In this document: positions 24,427 through 37,144 of the stretch, piece after piece | Numbering within the stretch: position 1 is the stretch's first letter | Layout of the letters: the number at the start of each line of letters is the position of its first letter | Assembly (NCBI GenBank): GCA_035221665.1 | Contig: CM069150.1 | Span: 36,146,001 to 36,210,000, forward strand | Source: Okamejei kenojei | Lineage: Eukaryota | Direction: 5' to 3' | DNA length: 64,000 nt | Notes under the pieces: generated by a model | Database searches by the model: none | Told to the model about the DNA's origin: nothing | The model's input: the letters and a program-made list of their open reading frames with translations, nothing else | Program-made: the position numbers and the translations under genes

Positions 24427-24615
24427 AGTTTAGTTTAGAGATACAGCGTGAGAACAGGCCATTTGCCACACCAAGCCCATGCCAACCAGTAATCCCCATA
24501 CATGAGCACTATCCTACGAGTTAAGGACAATTTATAATTTTTACCAATCAACCTACAAACCTGCACGTCTTTTGAAGGTGGTGGGAAGTGGAGCACATTG
24601 AGAAAACCCACACAT
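24427..24615 (-). mobile_element. HE1-like SINE 3' part
   Basis: (CTAAA)n tail and V-domain match. Confidence 0.75.
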
Positions 24616-24706
24616 GCTGCTCCTAAACAGAAAGCTCTAATTAGAACTATAGCAAGGAGTTGGTGTTGTAAATCAGATTACATTCTTATCTTTCATCAAG
24701 GTATCT

Positions 24707-24900
24707 GTGTAGGAAAGAGCGGCAAATGCTGGTTTAAATCGAAGGTAGACACAAAATGCTGGAGTAACTCTGGAATGACTGGCAGCATCTCTGGAGAGAA
24801 GGAATGGGTGATGTTTCGGGTCGAGACCCTTCTGTCACCCATTCCTTCTCTCCAGAGATGCTGCCTGTTCCGCTGAGTTACTCCAGCATTTTGTGTCTAT
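24707..24900. mobile_element. Inverted pair of Penelope-derived pLTRs
   Basis: Minus copy 24707-24833 abuts plus copy 24834-24900; imperfect flanking duplication CATCAAGGTATCTGT / CATCAGGTTATCTGT. Confidence 0.8.
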
Positions 24901-25420
24901 CATCAGGTTATCTGTTGCCTCAAGTCACTCAAAGAGCATCACCTGTGATGTTGCATTAACTGAACTTCTGAGCAAAACGTTAAGTTAACAGCAATTGGTA
25001 ATATGATAATTGGTATATATTTTGAATCGAACAGAAATAACGAAATGCATTTCAAGAACTTGGGGAACTATAGTGCATGTAAAAGACATTGTATAAATAT
25101 AGCTCTTACCACCTCTGATGAAATCTTTTATATAAGACCATAACATCAGCATGTGTGTGTAGTGTCCAAACATCACAGAAGATTATCTCTTGTTTCCCTT
25201 TCCCCCAACTCTGTCTGGAGAAGGTCCTCGACCCAAAATGTCACCTATTCCTTTTCTCCAGAGATGCTGCATGACCCGCTCAGTTACTCCAGCTTTTTTT
25301 GTCTATCTTGGTTTAAACTAGCATCCGCAGTTCCTTCTTACACAGAAGATTATGGATTCTCCATCTCTGTAATAATTAATAAGAAAACTGCTTCTTGGTA
25401 AGAGACATCATAACTTTTTC

Positions 25421-25657
25421 TGTGCAGGAAGGAACTGCAGATGCTGGTTTCGACCGAAGATGGACACAAAAAGCTGAAATAACTCAGCGGGACAGGCAGC
25501 ATCTCTGGAGAGAAGGAATGGGAGATGTTTCGAGTTGAAACCCTTCTTCAGACTGAAGTCTGAAGCAAGGTCTCGACCCGAAACGTCACCCATTCCTTCT
25601 CTCCAGAGATGCTGCCTGTCCTGCTGAGTTACTCCTGCTTTTTGAGTCTATCTTCGG
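25421..25657. mobile_element. Inverted pair of Penelope-derived pLTRs
   Basis: ...CCCTTCTTCAGACT-GA-AGTCTGAAGCAAGGTCTCGACCCGAAACGTC...: two copies joined head-to-head at the hammerhead end. Confidence 0.85.
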
Positions 25658-25768
25658 TCACTCTTTTATGTTCCATTCCTCCGGAACTGCATTATTTATC
25701 AATTTTCATATTAATATTGCTAATATCATAATGTTACTTATGTTATAGAACTAGTAATCAAAGCCTAT

Positions 25769-25982
25769 ATGTAGTTTGTACGTTCTCCCTGTGGCTGCGT
25801 GGGTTTTCTCCAGGATCTCCGGTTTCCTACCACACTCAAAGACTTACAGGTTTGTAGCCTAATTGGCTTGGTAAAATTGCAAATTGTCCTTAGTGTGCGT
25901 AAGACAGCGTTAATATGCGGGGATCGCTGGTCGGTGCAGGCTCGATGGGCCGAAGGGCCTGCTTCCACTAAGCTAATCTAAA
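25769..25982 (+). mobile_element. HE1-like SINE (5'-truncated)
   Basis: V-domain and tail match. Confidence 0.8.
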
Positions 25983-26945
25983 CACAGCTGCGGATTTCTC
26001 AATGTATTTCACAACCACTGAAACCACCTTGGCTTCCTTGAGCCAAATCAACCTCATTTCTTTCTTCGAACATATAGTTTTTCCAATGTTGGTATCTCTA
26101 AATCATCAACCCAATCAATTTATTATCCTGATGCAGGAGATTTGCTTTAACAGTCTTCACTCTCTGACACAAATGTCAATTGCAGTTAACCACTATGGAT
26201 TAAGAAGGTCACAGAGGCAGTAAAGACCATGTACGCAAGAATCCATATTCTGGCTTGGATTTGTTAACACAATGAATTGATGGCAATGCAGTAGAAATGG
26301 ATACATATAAACAAGTTTAATTTCTTGATTAAAAAGGCAAGATTCTACAATAAAGATTCTATGATAAAATGGCCACTTAAAGTATAATTTATTATCAATG
26401 ATAGGAGCAAATTTTAAACCTGACGCTAGTAATGATACATCCCTAACCCTCCCATCTTTAATTCTGTCAATTTTCCTTTCTGTGGTTATATAAATGCAGC
26501 TCATGAAGTACTTGGGTCCAAATATCTAAATTAGACTTGTTGGTCTTTTGTGTACCCAGTTTATTTCTCCTTCATGACTTTCTCCTTATTTTGCTGTAAC
26601 GTTTATTTCCAAATTCTCTTTTCTTTGGTCTGTTCTCTCCAAAGCATGCCATTTTTTCAGTTCTCCTTGCTCCAGGAATCTAGCACCATCAGTATATTTT
26701 AGCCTTTCGCATTTGTAATACAACTGTCCATCGCATCTTGCCTGCAGCTTTCTTCAACGACCAGACTCCCGCCTGAATCCATCAGCAACGCCAAATGTCT
26801 GAGAATAAGAATTATATTAACAACGCCAAATGTCTGAGTGTTTGTGGCAAGCATTTTGTTCACTTCTTCTTTCCACAATTTTCCATTTTTTTTAAAATGT
26901 GTGATGTCAACTGTAAATTGTATATCCACAATTTTTGATGCTGCG

Positions 26946-27184
26946 TTCATGTTCATAAGTTCTAGGTGAAGAATTAGTCCATTCGCCCCATCAAGTCTAC
27001 TCTGCCATTCAATCATGGTTGATCTGTCTTTTGCTTTGAACCTCATTCTCCTGCCTTCTCCACATAATCCATGACACTCTTACTAACCAAGAATTTGTCA
27101 ATCTGTGACTTAAAAATATCGATTGACTAGGCGTCCACAGCGTCTGTGACAATGAATTCCACAGATTCACCACTCTCTGACTAA
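26946..27184 (-). mobile_element. CR1 LINE 3' end
   Basis: ORF 27009..27206 contains FSQRVVNLWNSL, followed by a 3' UTR. Confidence 0.85.
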
Positions 27185-27247
27185 AGTCAGTAAAGTTTAA
27201 ACTCATTTTACCCAGACCTTGCTATGGAGCAACTAATATAAATCCAA

Positions 27248-27413
27248 GGAATGGATGATGTTTTGGGTCGAGATTTGTTTCTTGTCTGAAGGAGCGCCTC
27301 GACCCGAAACGTCACCCTTTCCTTCTCTCCAGAGATGCTGCCTGTCTTTCTGCGTTACTCCAGCATTTTGTGTCTACCTTTGGTTTAAACCAGCATATGC
27401 AGTTCCTTCCTAC
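27248..27413 (+). mobile_element. pLTR mini-insertion with short inverted 5' piece
   Basis: 10-bp TSD ATAAATCCAA (27238-27247 / 27414-27423). Confidence 0.8.
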
Positions 27414-28360
27414 ATAAATCCAATTTGAGTTTAGTTAACCAGGCTAATGCTCTTTGTGAAAGGGAATACATCTCCGCAATGTAACCATTAAATCTGTGAA
27501 GACAGCAGGGTGTAGTTATGTTGTCCCTGTATTGATCTGGCTTGTAACAACCACAAAGCATAGAGGCCCTAATACACCATTAGTGCATTAGGGCAAGTAG
27601 AAAGGCCATGGATCTGATTTAGCACCTTTCATGCTTTCTACAGAAGGTCTAAACAGGAAGATAGGGTACAATCAGATGTTTAGTCCCGGGGTAGCTTCAT
27701 TCCATGCTTTAATCCAACCTGCTGTACTATCATGCCATACAAGATAGTAAGGGAATCAAGAGTAATAAGGTTAGTATAAGGACGTGGTGGTCAGGTGGCC
27801 TATTCTTGTAGACTTACCTTGGAACTTACCAATATGATCGTATAGCGTTGCATTTAGATAAGTGTCCGTAGGTCCAGGGGAGTATGAGTCAAAGGCAGTA
27901 AACATACTTCAGTGGATTGGAGTTGAATAAATTTTAAAAACCTGGTTAAATGTAGAATGGCAAGCTCAAAAATAAGCATGGAGATGCATCGCAAATGAAA
28001 GTCTGAGGAAGGGTCCCGACCCGAGGCATCACCCATTCCGTCCTTCCAGGGATGTTGCCTGTCCCGCTGAGTTATTCCAGCATTTTGTGTCTACCGTCAC
28101 AAATGAAATGCACGTTGTCAGTGAGTATTTGTAAAAGGAGAGGACAGCTTGCTAACTGGAAATAGAAAGCCGAAAGATAACATCAGGCTCTTTATGGCTT
28201 GAAAAGTGAGGAAAAGAAACGGCAGAGACTCCAGTTACTGAAGCTAATAAATTGACTGAGATGGTTACTCATTCTGAGGCAGTCAGATTTTGCTATGGGA
28301 AATATTATTACTTCATGAAATGTGGCTTTTTACACTAAAATGCAATATCAAATAGTTATT

Positions 28361-28487
28361 GTGTTAACGAAGAAACTGCAGATGCTGGAGAATCCTGAAG
28401 AAGGGTCTCGACCCGAAATGTCGCCTATCTCCTTCGCTCCTTAGATGCTGCTGCACCCGCTGAGTTTCTCCAGCATTTTGTGTAACC
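28361..28487 (+). mobile_element. pLTR mini-insertion with intact hammerhead core and 14-bp TSD
   Basis: CTGAAGAAGGGTCTCGACCCGAAATGTC at ~28395; TSD ATCAAATAGTTATT (28347-28360 / 28488-28501). Confidence 0.85.
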
Positions 28488-28913
28488 ATCAAATAGTTAT
28501 TACTCAGCATGAAAGATTTTTGTTTTCTCTTCCCACATATGCAGCCTGACCTACAGAGTATTTCTAGCCTTTTCTGCTTTATTTTAAATTTCCAGCAATG
28601 GCAAGGTTCAAGTGCGTTTTATTGTCATTTGTCCCGAAATGGAACAATGAAATTCTTACTTGCAGCAGCACAATAGATATGTAAACATGGAACTCTGTAA
28701 ATCCCATAATAAACAACAACATAAATTCAGCAAATATAAAAAAACAAACATACAAAAATTTGATTAATTTTCATGATCGATCTTGTTGGGCATAAATTGA
28801 GGCATGAAACAGCCATTGATTTCTGTGACAGGCCTAGTACTCAAAGTCAGGCCTAGCCCTCTCCTCATCCAATGCCCACTAAAGGCTGCGGGAAGAGGGC
28901 ACTTGGGGCCGGT

Positions 28914-29080
28914 TCTCTGGATGCTTTCAAGTGAGAGCTAGATAGGGCTCTTAAAGATAGCGGAGTCAGGGGATATGGGGAGAAGGCAGGAACGGGGTAC
29001 TGATTGGGGATGATCAGCCATGATCACATTGGCTCAAAGGGCCGAATGGCCTACTCCTGCACCTATTGTCTATTGTCTAT
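28914..29080 (+). mobile_element. CR1 LINE 3' end
   Basis: GGCCGAATGGCCTACTCCTGCACC(TATTGTC)n tail. Confidence 0.85.
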
Positions 29081-29107
29081 AAAGACCTTCCGGAATGACT
29101 TTCTTTA

Positions 29108-29607
29108 TGTGTAGGAAGGAACTGCAGGTGCTGGATTACACCAAAGATAGACACAAAATGCTGGAGTAACTAAGTGGGCCAGGCAGCATGTCTGAAGAGA
29201 AGGAATAGGTGATGTTCTAGGTCAAGACCCTTCTTCAGATCTTCTTCAGTTCCTTCCTACACAATTTGTCCTCTCCACTGTGAAATCTCCTCAAGGTCTG
29301 CCAATGAAGAAGTTTAAAGAGGTTATGGGGAGAAGGCTGGAGAATAGGGTTAGGATGGAGAGATAGATCGGCCATGATTTAATGGCGTAGGCTTGATGGG
29401 CCGTATGGCCTAATTCTGCTCCTATTCCTCATGACCTTATAACACCCTCTCTCGCTGCACCCCTTCTGTGATCCCTCATGCTCTCCAGCTCTACAACCAC
29501 GTTTTAACCCAGTCTGAATAAGGGTCTCGACCCGAAACGTCACCTACTCCTTTTCTCCAGAGATGCTGCCTGACCCTCTGAGATACTCCAGCACTTTGTG
29601 TCTATAC
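29108..29607. mobile_element. Penelope-derived composite (inverted pLTR, internal segment, direct pLTR) with nested CR1 tail at 29316-29440
   Basis: Internal segment homologous to 20888-21050; hammerhead-like motif at ~29514. Confidence 0.7.
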
Positions 29608-31937
29608 ATTCCTGCTTATTTCAGAACCCCCTCAGGTAAAGTCAATCAACTTTGTGCCACAGCAAAATATCGACCGTTTCCACTGTGACTGTGAATTGAA
29701 GCAGAAATGTTCTTGTTTCAATTTTCTCCTTTCATTGTGGTGTCACCAAGTGAGCCATCAGAGACCAATTTATGTGTTGCAATGTCCCTCGAAGCTGCTT
29801 CCACTGTATCTTCACTGTGAGGGCAGCAGAAATGAGATTGCCAATGAAGATACTGCAGGGTGAAAGAGGTGCTACAGAGAAATGTCTGGACGGGATGTGT
29901 AAAATCGTGTTAAATGTAATGTTATTTTTCTCTATTATTTTTTTTAAACCATGCAGCTGATTTTCAATTGCTGGAGTAACTCTGCTGTTTAGGCAGCATC
30001 CCTGGAGAGAAGGAATGGCTGACATTTCTTCAGACTCTCAGTCTCGACTCAAAATGTCACCCATTCCCTTTCTCCGGAGATGCTGCCTGTCCCGCTGAGT
30101 TACCCCAGCATTCTGTGTCTATCTTCGTCGTAAACCAGCATCTGCAGTTCCTTCCTACGCAGCCGATTTAAAGGATATTCAAATATTAAATTCTTCCATC
30201 AGCCAGCAACAGTATTATTTTGTTTACGTTTCCCTACCACTTTAAAATGCTTTTGAAATATTATTTTCCTATGCCTTTTTTATTTCAGAGCAGGGCAGAG
30301 TTCTTGATAAAAGTAATTTAATGACTACAGCATGAATTGCCCAGCTGGGTTGAAGAGCTTTATTAGCTACATTTCAGTGCATGATCAAAGCTGCATCTAA
30401 TAGACCTCCACTATAAGCCAGCTGAGTGGTGTACAGATTTGTCCTGACTTGTGGTTAATGTAGCACTGCTCAGAAACAGCCATGGGCCAGTGCTTTATTT
30501 GCAGTTTGGTTTCCCTTCCTAAGTAATCTCTGTGATGTGAAGTGACCTTGGGTCACTTGGGTCACAGGCTTTACTGCCAATTTAAGGCTCCCTGTGTTAG
30601 ACTTTACTGTGCATGGATTTATTCTGGTTTCTGCTGAAAAAAACCGACATGATTTATTAATTGAGGATTTTTTTCCTAAAAGTAATTTTACAGGAATAAC
30701 ATCATGTTTTTTTAAAAAGCATGTTACGGAGTAGTATAGGGTTGTACATCGACAATGGTTAGCATTGCTATTATATCACAAGGCATTTTTCGTTTCAGCA
30801 GGCATGCTTTATGTTGTTTAATTCTCCGTTCTTGTCCGCAACTTTGCTGCACGCTTTAACAGTGACATTGGCATGGTCAGTTAGTCTAATGAGTAGATCT
30901 GAGCCAAAGAAAGAAATGGCGCAGGAGGTTATTGGCTCCATTCCCCAATCTGCTCAGTTCCCGATGTGAGATATATCGAACATGAAGGAAGATTTGTGTA
31001 AACAAAAGTAAATAAGACTCGGGCACATTGATCCTACTGCTCTGAATGTATAAGTGCTTGTTGAATCAAAGAGTAATGTATGAGCAGGCAACATGCATTT
31101 AACAGAAATTCCCTTGAAACTGGATCAGCAATTCAGGTCATGGCAAAACACTTAGCTCTTTTTCTCACTCATTAAAATTTAGTGACCCTTACTTCTGAGG
31201 CAACAGTCCTTATGCAGCTCCACCAGCAGGCATCCAGCATAGGCTCAGATGTTGCCCACTGTTTGGAGCTCTTCCATTACTTTGTTATTTGTTCCTATTT
31301 CAGTTGGCAACAGGAGGTTGTGAAAAGTGTTAAATGGAATAAAAAAGGGGGAAACGCAGCTCAGATTGCTAATTCATCCTCGATGTTAAACTATCCCACT
31401 GCATGCCTTGTATAGGAAGGAACTGCAGATGCTGGTTTACACCAAAGAACGACACAGAATGCTGGAGTAACTCAATGGGACGGGCAGCACCTCTGGATAG
31501 AAGGAATGGGTGGCGTTGAAGGCTGCCTGAACTGCTGAGTTACTCCAGCATTTTATGTCTATCTCCAATGCTTACCTTCTTGTATGACTCAGGGACTGTA
31601 GGAGATGAGCTTTGCAGTTGATACTAAAATCGGCTGTGTGGTTGACCAGAAGGAGGAACATCTTTGATTTCAGAAGGATATAGGTCAGATCAGTGGGCAG
31701 AAAAGTGGCAAGAGGAGTTTAAACCAGATAAGAGCCAGGTAATGAATTTGAGAATTGCAACAAGGGGATATATAATAAATGACAAGATATTAAGAAATAT
31801 GGAGAAACAAAATGACCTTGAAATGTACAGTAGATATACAGATGATTAAAGGTAGCAGGGCAGAGAGAGATGGGATAGTTAAAAGGGCACATGGATAGGT
31901 TCCCTCATTAATAGTTTTGTAGAATATAAGAGCAGGC

Positions 31938-32220
31938 ATGGGTGATACAGTGGTGCAGCGGTAGAATTGGCTGCCTTATAGCGCCAGAGACCTGAGTTCG
32001 ATCCTGACTGTGGGCGCTGTCTGTATGGAGTTTGTGACCATGTGGGTTTTCTCCGGGTGCTCCAGTTTCCTCCTACCCTCCAAAGACATTCACGTTCGTT
32101 GGCTTCGGTAAAATTGTAAAATTGGCCCCAGTGTGTAGGATAGTGTTAGTGTACGGGGTGATCACTGGTGGGCGCGGACTTGGTGGGCCGGAGGGCCTGT
32201 TTCCGCGCTGTATCTCTAAA
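31938..32220 (+). mobile_element. HE1-like V-SINE inserted in an old CR1 remnant (~31600-32720)
   Basis: A/B-box head and V-domain; the flanking CR1 remnant shows FAVDTKIG (degenerate FADDTK). Confidence 0.75.
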
Positions 32221-33786
32221 GTTCTTTTCACTGCAGCAGAGATGTGATTGTATTGGAGCGGGTGTAGCAGAGATTTATAATCATAATCATAATAATAGTA
32301 ATTTATTAGCCAAGTATGTTTTGCAACATACGAGGAATTTGATTTGCTATACAATCATAGCAATAAATAGCAACAAGACACACCAATTTTTAACATGAAC
32401 ATTAACTACAGTGACTCCCCTACATTCCTCACTGTGATGGAAGGCAAAAAAAGTTAAATCTTCTTCCCTTCTTTCTCCCGTGGTCGGATGTTGCCAGGAT
32501 ATTTTAGGAATAAACTATGGTTACTTTCTTCAGAAAAGAGAGGCACAGGGAACCTAACTGAGATAAATATAGGATTCTAAGTAAATAGGAATGACTAATT
32601 TCCCTCAAATGTGGTCAAAAACCAATGTGAATAATTGATAAAAGGATAAGAGAGATGAGAATTTTGTTCACACATGAGATGCCTGGAGGGATGCTGATGG
32701 CAGAAGTCTTCAATACATTTATAAAGTATTGAATGTTTACTTAAGGTTTGACCGCCTGTGCTTTGGTTAAATGCTGGATAGGTCACACAATTTAAAAATT
32801 GTCACTAGACAGGGTGGCACAGTGGTGCAGCGGTAGAGTTGCTGCCTTGCAGCACCAGAGACCCGGGTTCGATCCTGACTACGGGTGCTGTCCGTTTGTA
32901 CGTTCTCCCTGTGACCTTGTGGGGTTTTTTTGAGAGAGAAACTGCATGGAAACAGGCCCTGCGGCCCAACTTGGGCCCACACCGGCCAATATGTCCCAGC
33001 TAGGCTAGGCCCACCTGCCCGTGTTTGGTCCATATCCCTCCAAACCTGTCCTATCCATTATCCAACTGTTTCTTAAATGTTTATGAGGATAGTCCCTGCC
33101 ACAACTACCACCTCTGGCAGCTTGTTCCATACGCCCACAACCCTTGGTGTGAAAAAGCTACCCCTCGATTCCTTTTATATCTTTTCTCTTCACCATAACC
33201 TATGTTCTCTGGTCCTCGATTCACCTACTCTGGGCAATAGACTCTGTGCATCTACCCAATCTATTTCTCTCATGATTTTATACACCTCAATAAGATCACC
33301 CTTCATCCTCCCGTGCTTCAAGGAATAGAGTCCCAGCCCATTCAACCTCCCCCTGTAGCTCAGACCATCTAGTCCTGGCAACATCTTTGTAAATCTGCAC
33401 TGTACCCTTTCCAGCTTAACAACATATTTCTATAACATGGTGCCCAGAACTGAACACAGCACTCTAAATGCGTCCTCACCAACATCTTATACAACTGCTA
33501 CATGACCTCCCAACGTCTACACTCAATATTCTGACTGTTGAAGGCCAATCTGCCAAACACCTTGTTGTGACTTCTCCGACAAGGAACCATGCACCTGCAC
33601 CCCTAGATCCACCTGCTCTACAACACTCCCCGGAGCCCTACCATTCACTGTGTAGATCCTGCCCATGTTAGACTTCCCAAAAGGCAACATCTCACATTTC
33701 TCCGCATTAAATTCCATCAATCGTTCCTCATCCCACCTGGCCAATCGATCAACATCCTGCATCAATCTTTCACAACCATCTTCACT

Positions 33787-36474
33787 TAGCAATGCTACAA
33801 AATGTTGAGATTTATAAAATCAAATCTGCAATTTATCCCATCAGATAAAGCATAAAAATAAGTTTAATTTGACACCTAATTCACTTTCATGTCTTCAGGA
33901 TTAAAAAAGTTATGGCCATTTTCATACTCAGAAATTAGCATCTTGTTCCCTTTTGCTTTTCCATTGACTTAACACAAAAGTTGTGATCGAGGACAGTCAA
34001 AAGCCTATAACTTTCTTAAAAATTAAGAGAACTGAAATAAATTTTCAGTTATTATAGATTGAAGCATTCTGAAACAAATATGAAACAATCTTACTTGGAT
34101 GACCTGAAATTAAAGCATATAATTAGTTAGTTACCCAATTGTAGCTAATTACAAAATTCAATTACTAGATCTAAACATCTATCCATTTCTTAAGAAAATA
34201 TTAACATTTTTTTTAAAGCCTAAAACCCCTGTCTCACGGTGCGAGTTGGCCCACGAGTGACCCCAAGTTTTCACTCGTGGTGATCACGTAACAGGAACGT
34301 AGCGGCAACGTCGGAACTCGCGCGATCAACTTGTCCACTCGTGGCGCAAACAAAAATGTTTGATTTTTTTCCACCAGTCAAATTCACTGTTCAAGATAAA
34401 AATTGAAACATTTTAACTCGTTGTAATAACATAGGGCCCGTGCGTTGACCTTAGTGTCTCGTGAGTCTAACGTGTTAACCCCTGGGCACTCTTAAATCGG
34501 CAGCTGGACAGAGTAAAAAAAAGGTGAGTAAAAAAAAGATGATTTCAAAAAAAGAACATGACGATTTTTCAACACGTCATCTTGCCAGAACGGGCCACAT
34601 CTCCACTGATTCTAAAATTGGGATTTCTCCGGGCATGGAGCTACTGCATTGTGGCCGGGGAGGGAAGCAGCTCGCGTGGCTACGAGCGGCCTCCATCACC
34701 GGACAGCGGAACCGACTGCCATCTCAGCGGCTTCTGCCGGCCCGCCCACCTCTGGCAGTGCTCTCCGTCTGAACAGTGAGGGGACCAGCTCAAGAGCAAC
34801 GATCATAGAGCGGAGTGGGTCAGCGGGTGATGGATAACATCACAGCGGGCGGTGGAGCTTAGTCCTATGTCAGCGCGATCAAGGGATCAATCGAGGTTAC
34901 TCGCACTGACATATGGAGTAAGCTCCACCGCCCGCTGTCCTGTTATCCATCGCCCGCTGACCCATTCTTGTACTGGATGACCCTCTCCCCAGAGCCCCTG
35001 CCCATCCCGCTGAGTCACCACAGACAGGGAGTTGAACGTAGGCACAGGGGGGTCCACCTTCAACTTCAGAGCCAAACAAAAAACACAGAGTGCTGGAGGA
35101 ACTCAGCGGGCAAGGCAGCACCCGAGGAGCGAACATATCACTTATCAGGAGCCGCCACGGGCCAGGACTCTTCCCCCCAACAGAAAGGAAGCGCAGATGC
35201 AGCCATCGCTGTAGCATCTCTGTCCCTATCTTCCAATTCCCACTTTGAAATAAAATAAAATTGACAAAAATTTTGCAACTGCGATGTACTGTATCTTTAA
35301 AAAAAACTACATCAACCAGGTGTGAAAATTACACCGAATCGATGATTGAAAATGCGTGGGAATCGACGAATCGCGATCCTGCTGCGAAATGTTTAAGTCG
35401 AAAACTGTATTTTATTTCAAAATGGGAATTTGAAGATAGGAACAGAGATGCTACACAGAGATTTTAAGCTCTTGGGTGAAGTCGCACAGTGGGGTAGGGC
35501 TTTAGGCAGCATCTATGGAGCGAAGGAAACGCTGCATATTTCCTTCGCTCCACAGATGCGGCCTAAAGCCCTGCCCCACTGTGCGACTTCACCCAAGAGC
35601 TTAACATCTCTGTGTTGCATCTCTGTTCCTATCTACAAATGTAAATGTAACTAAAAATGGAAATTGGCCCTCGTGTGTAGGATGGTGCTAGTGTCGCTGG
35701 TCGGCGCGGACGTGGTGGGCCGAAGGGCCCGTTAGAAACACTGTGTCACTTTTCAGGAGAAGTTGTCAGCTCAAGAGTACGTCAGGAGACGTTGTCAGCT
35801 CGGGAGACGAACTTGGTTAACTCTGGAGACGAACTTGGAACATCGCAGTAAACGGCAAAATAGGTGTCATAAGTGTCCAAATAACATTCACACAATAATT
35901 CACAATATTTTTAAATTTTATTATCATGAATTTATAGGCCAAATTGAAGGAATTTAGTGTTTAATGCCCGTAAATTAATGGCCATTTAAATCAACTTGCG
36001 AGTGGGATTTTATGGAACGCGATGGATTGGAACGTTGCGGTTTGCGGTGAATTTAAACCCCATATCGGCAGGAAAAATACTGCCAGTTCGTATGGGGCCT
36101 AAATCACAGTTTCGCAACATGAAAGTTTGATTAAGGTCATCCTAACAAGCAAGTTTATATGTAAAAATAAACAGCTTTTCTTTACCTGTCCCCTACGTAA
36201 AATCCGTCCCCGTTGTCGGCGTTCACGGCATTAGAAGCTAATTTTTATTTTACTCCAGCGCTGAAATTGTTGGGCGATTAAAATTAAAAAATTCACATAC
36301 CGGCAGTCGGAACGAATCTTTAGCAAAAGCTCGCACTCCGAGAAAATATAACTCCGGAAGGCATTGGAAAACCGCATTTTAACCCCGCCCCCCCCCCCCC
36401 AAGGCACCAAAGTCGCGCACACGGCCAGTGACAGAACTGCAGCACCGCTGAAGGTAAGTTTTGTAACATACCTA
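33787..36474. mobile_element. Non-autonomous TIR DNA transposon (TAG...CTA ends, hAT-like) with 7-bp TSD
   Basis: Imperfect 16-bp TIRs TAGCAATGCTACAAAA / TTTTGTAACATACCTA; CTTCACT duplicated at 33780-33786 and 36475-36481. Confidence 0.75.
34224..35869. mobile_element. Nested palindrome-rich insertion, probably PIF/Harbinger-derived
   Basis: TAA on both sides (34221-34223 / 35870-35872). The left end AACCCCTGTCTCAC resembles the Harbinger end at 39525; a right TIR is not clearly recognisable. Contains long hairpins. Confidence 0.5.
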
Positions 36475-37144
36475 CTTCACTATCTGCAAAACGACCCACT
36501 TTTGTATCATCTGCAAACTTGCTAATCTTGCCCCGTATGTTCTCATCCAAATCATCCAAACAGTAATGGGCCCAGCACCGAAGCCGTGAGGCACACCACT
36601 AGTCACAAGCCTCCAGTCCGAGAAGCAACCTTCCACAATCACCCTCTGCTTGCTTCCATGAAGCCAATTTTCTATCCATTCGGCTCTCTCTCCTAGATCC
36701 CACGCGATATAACCTTCCAGAGCAGCCTACATTGCGGAAACGTCGAATACCTTGCTGAAGTCCACAAATACAGCATCTACAGCCTTGCCCTCATCGACCT
36801 TTTTGGTCACGTTTTCTCCAGGTGCTTTGGTTTCCAACCTCACTCCAAAGAGATACAGGTTTGTAGGTTAATTGACTTGGTAAAATTGTAAATTGACCCT
36901 TGCATGTATAGAAAGCATACTCAGTGCGTCGAAGAGCTTGTTTCTGTGCTGTATCTCTAAACTAAACTAAACTAAACTGATGCATTGATTACACCCTTGT
37001 CATAAATGCTGAAATGTCTGTGTTTCCAGGACTCTTACACTTACTCTGTTGCATAATCCAGTGCCACTTGCAGATAATGTGGGACTAGGTGGATGTTATG
37101 AGGGTTTCGGATGTAAACATACTCAAAATTCTGGATCTAAATTT

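Larger units (their letters stand above)
32940..36810 (-). mobile_element. CR1 LINE fragment split by a DNA-transposon insertion (33787-36474)
   Basis: ORFs 33190..33384, 33523..33792 and 36320..36559 (ISKFADDTKVG). The reading frame joins across the insertion (...FADSE|DGCERL). Confidence 0.88.
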
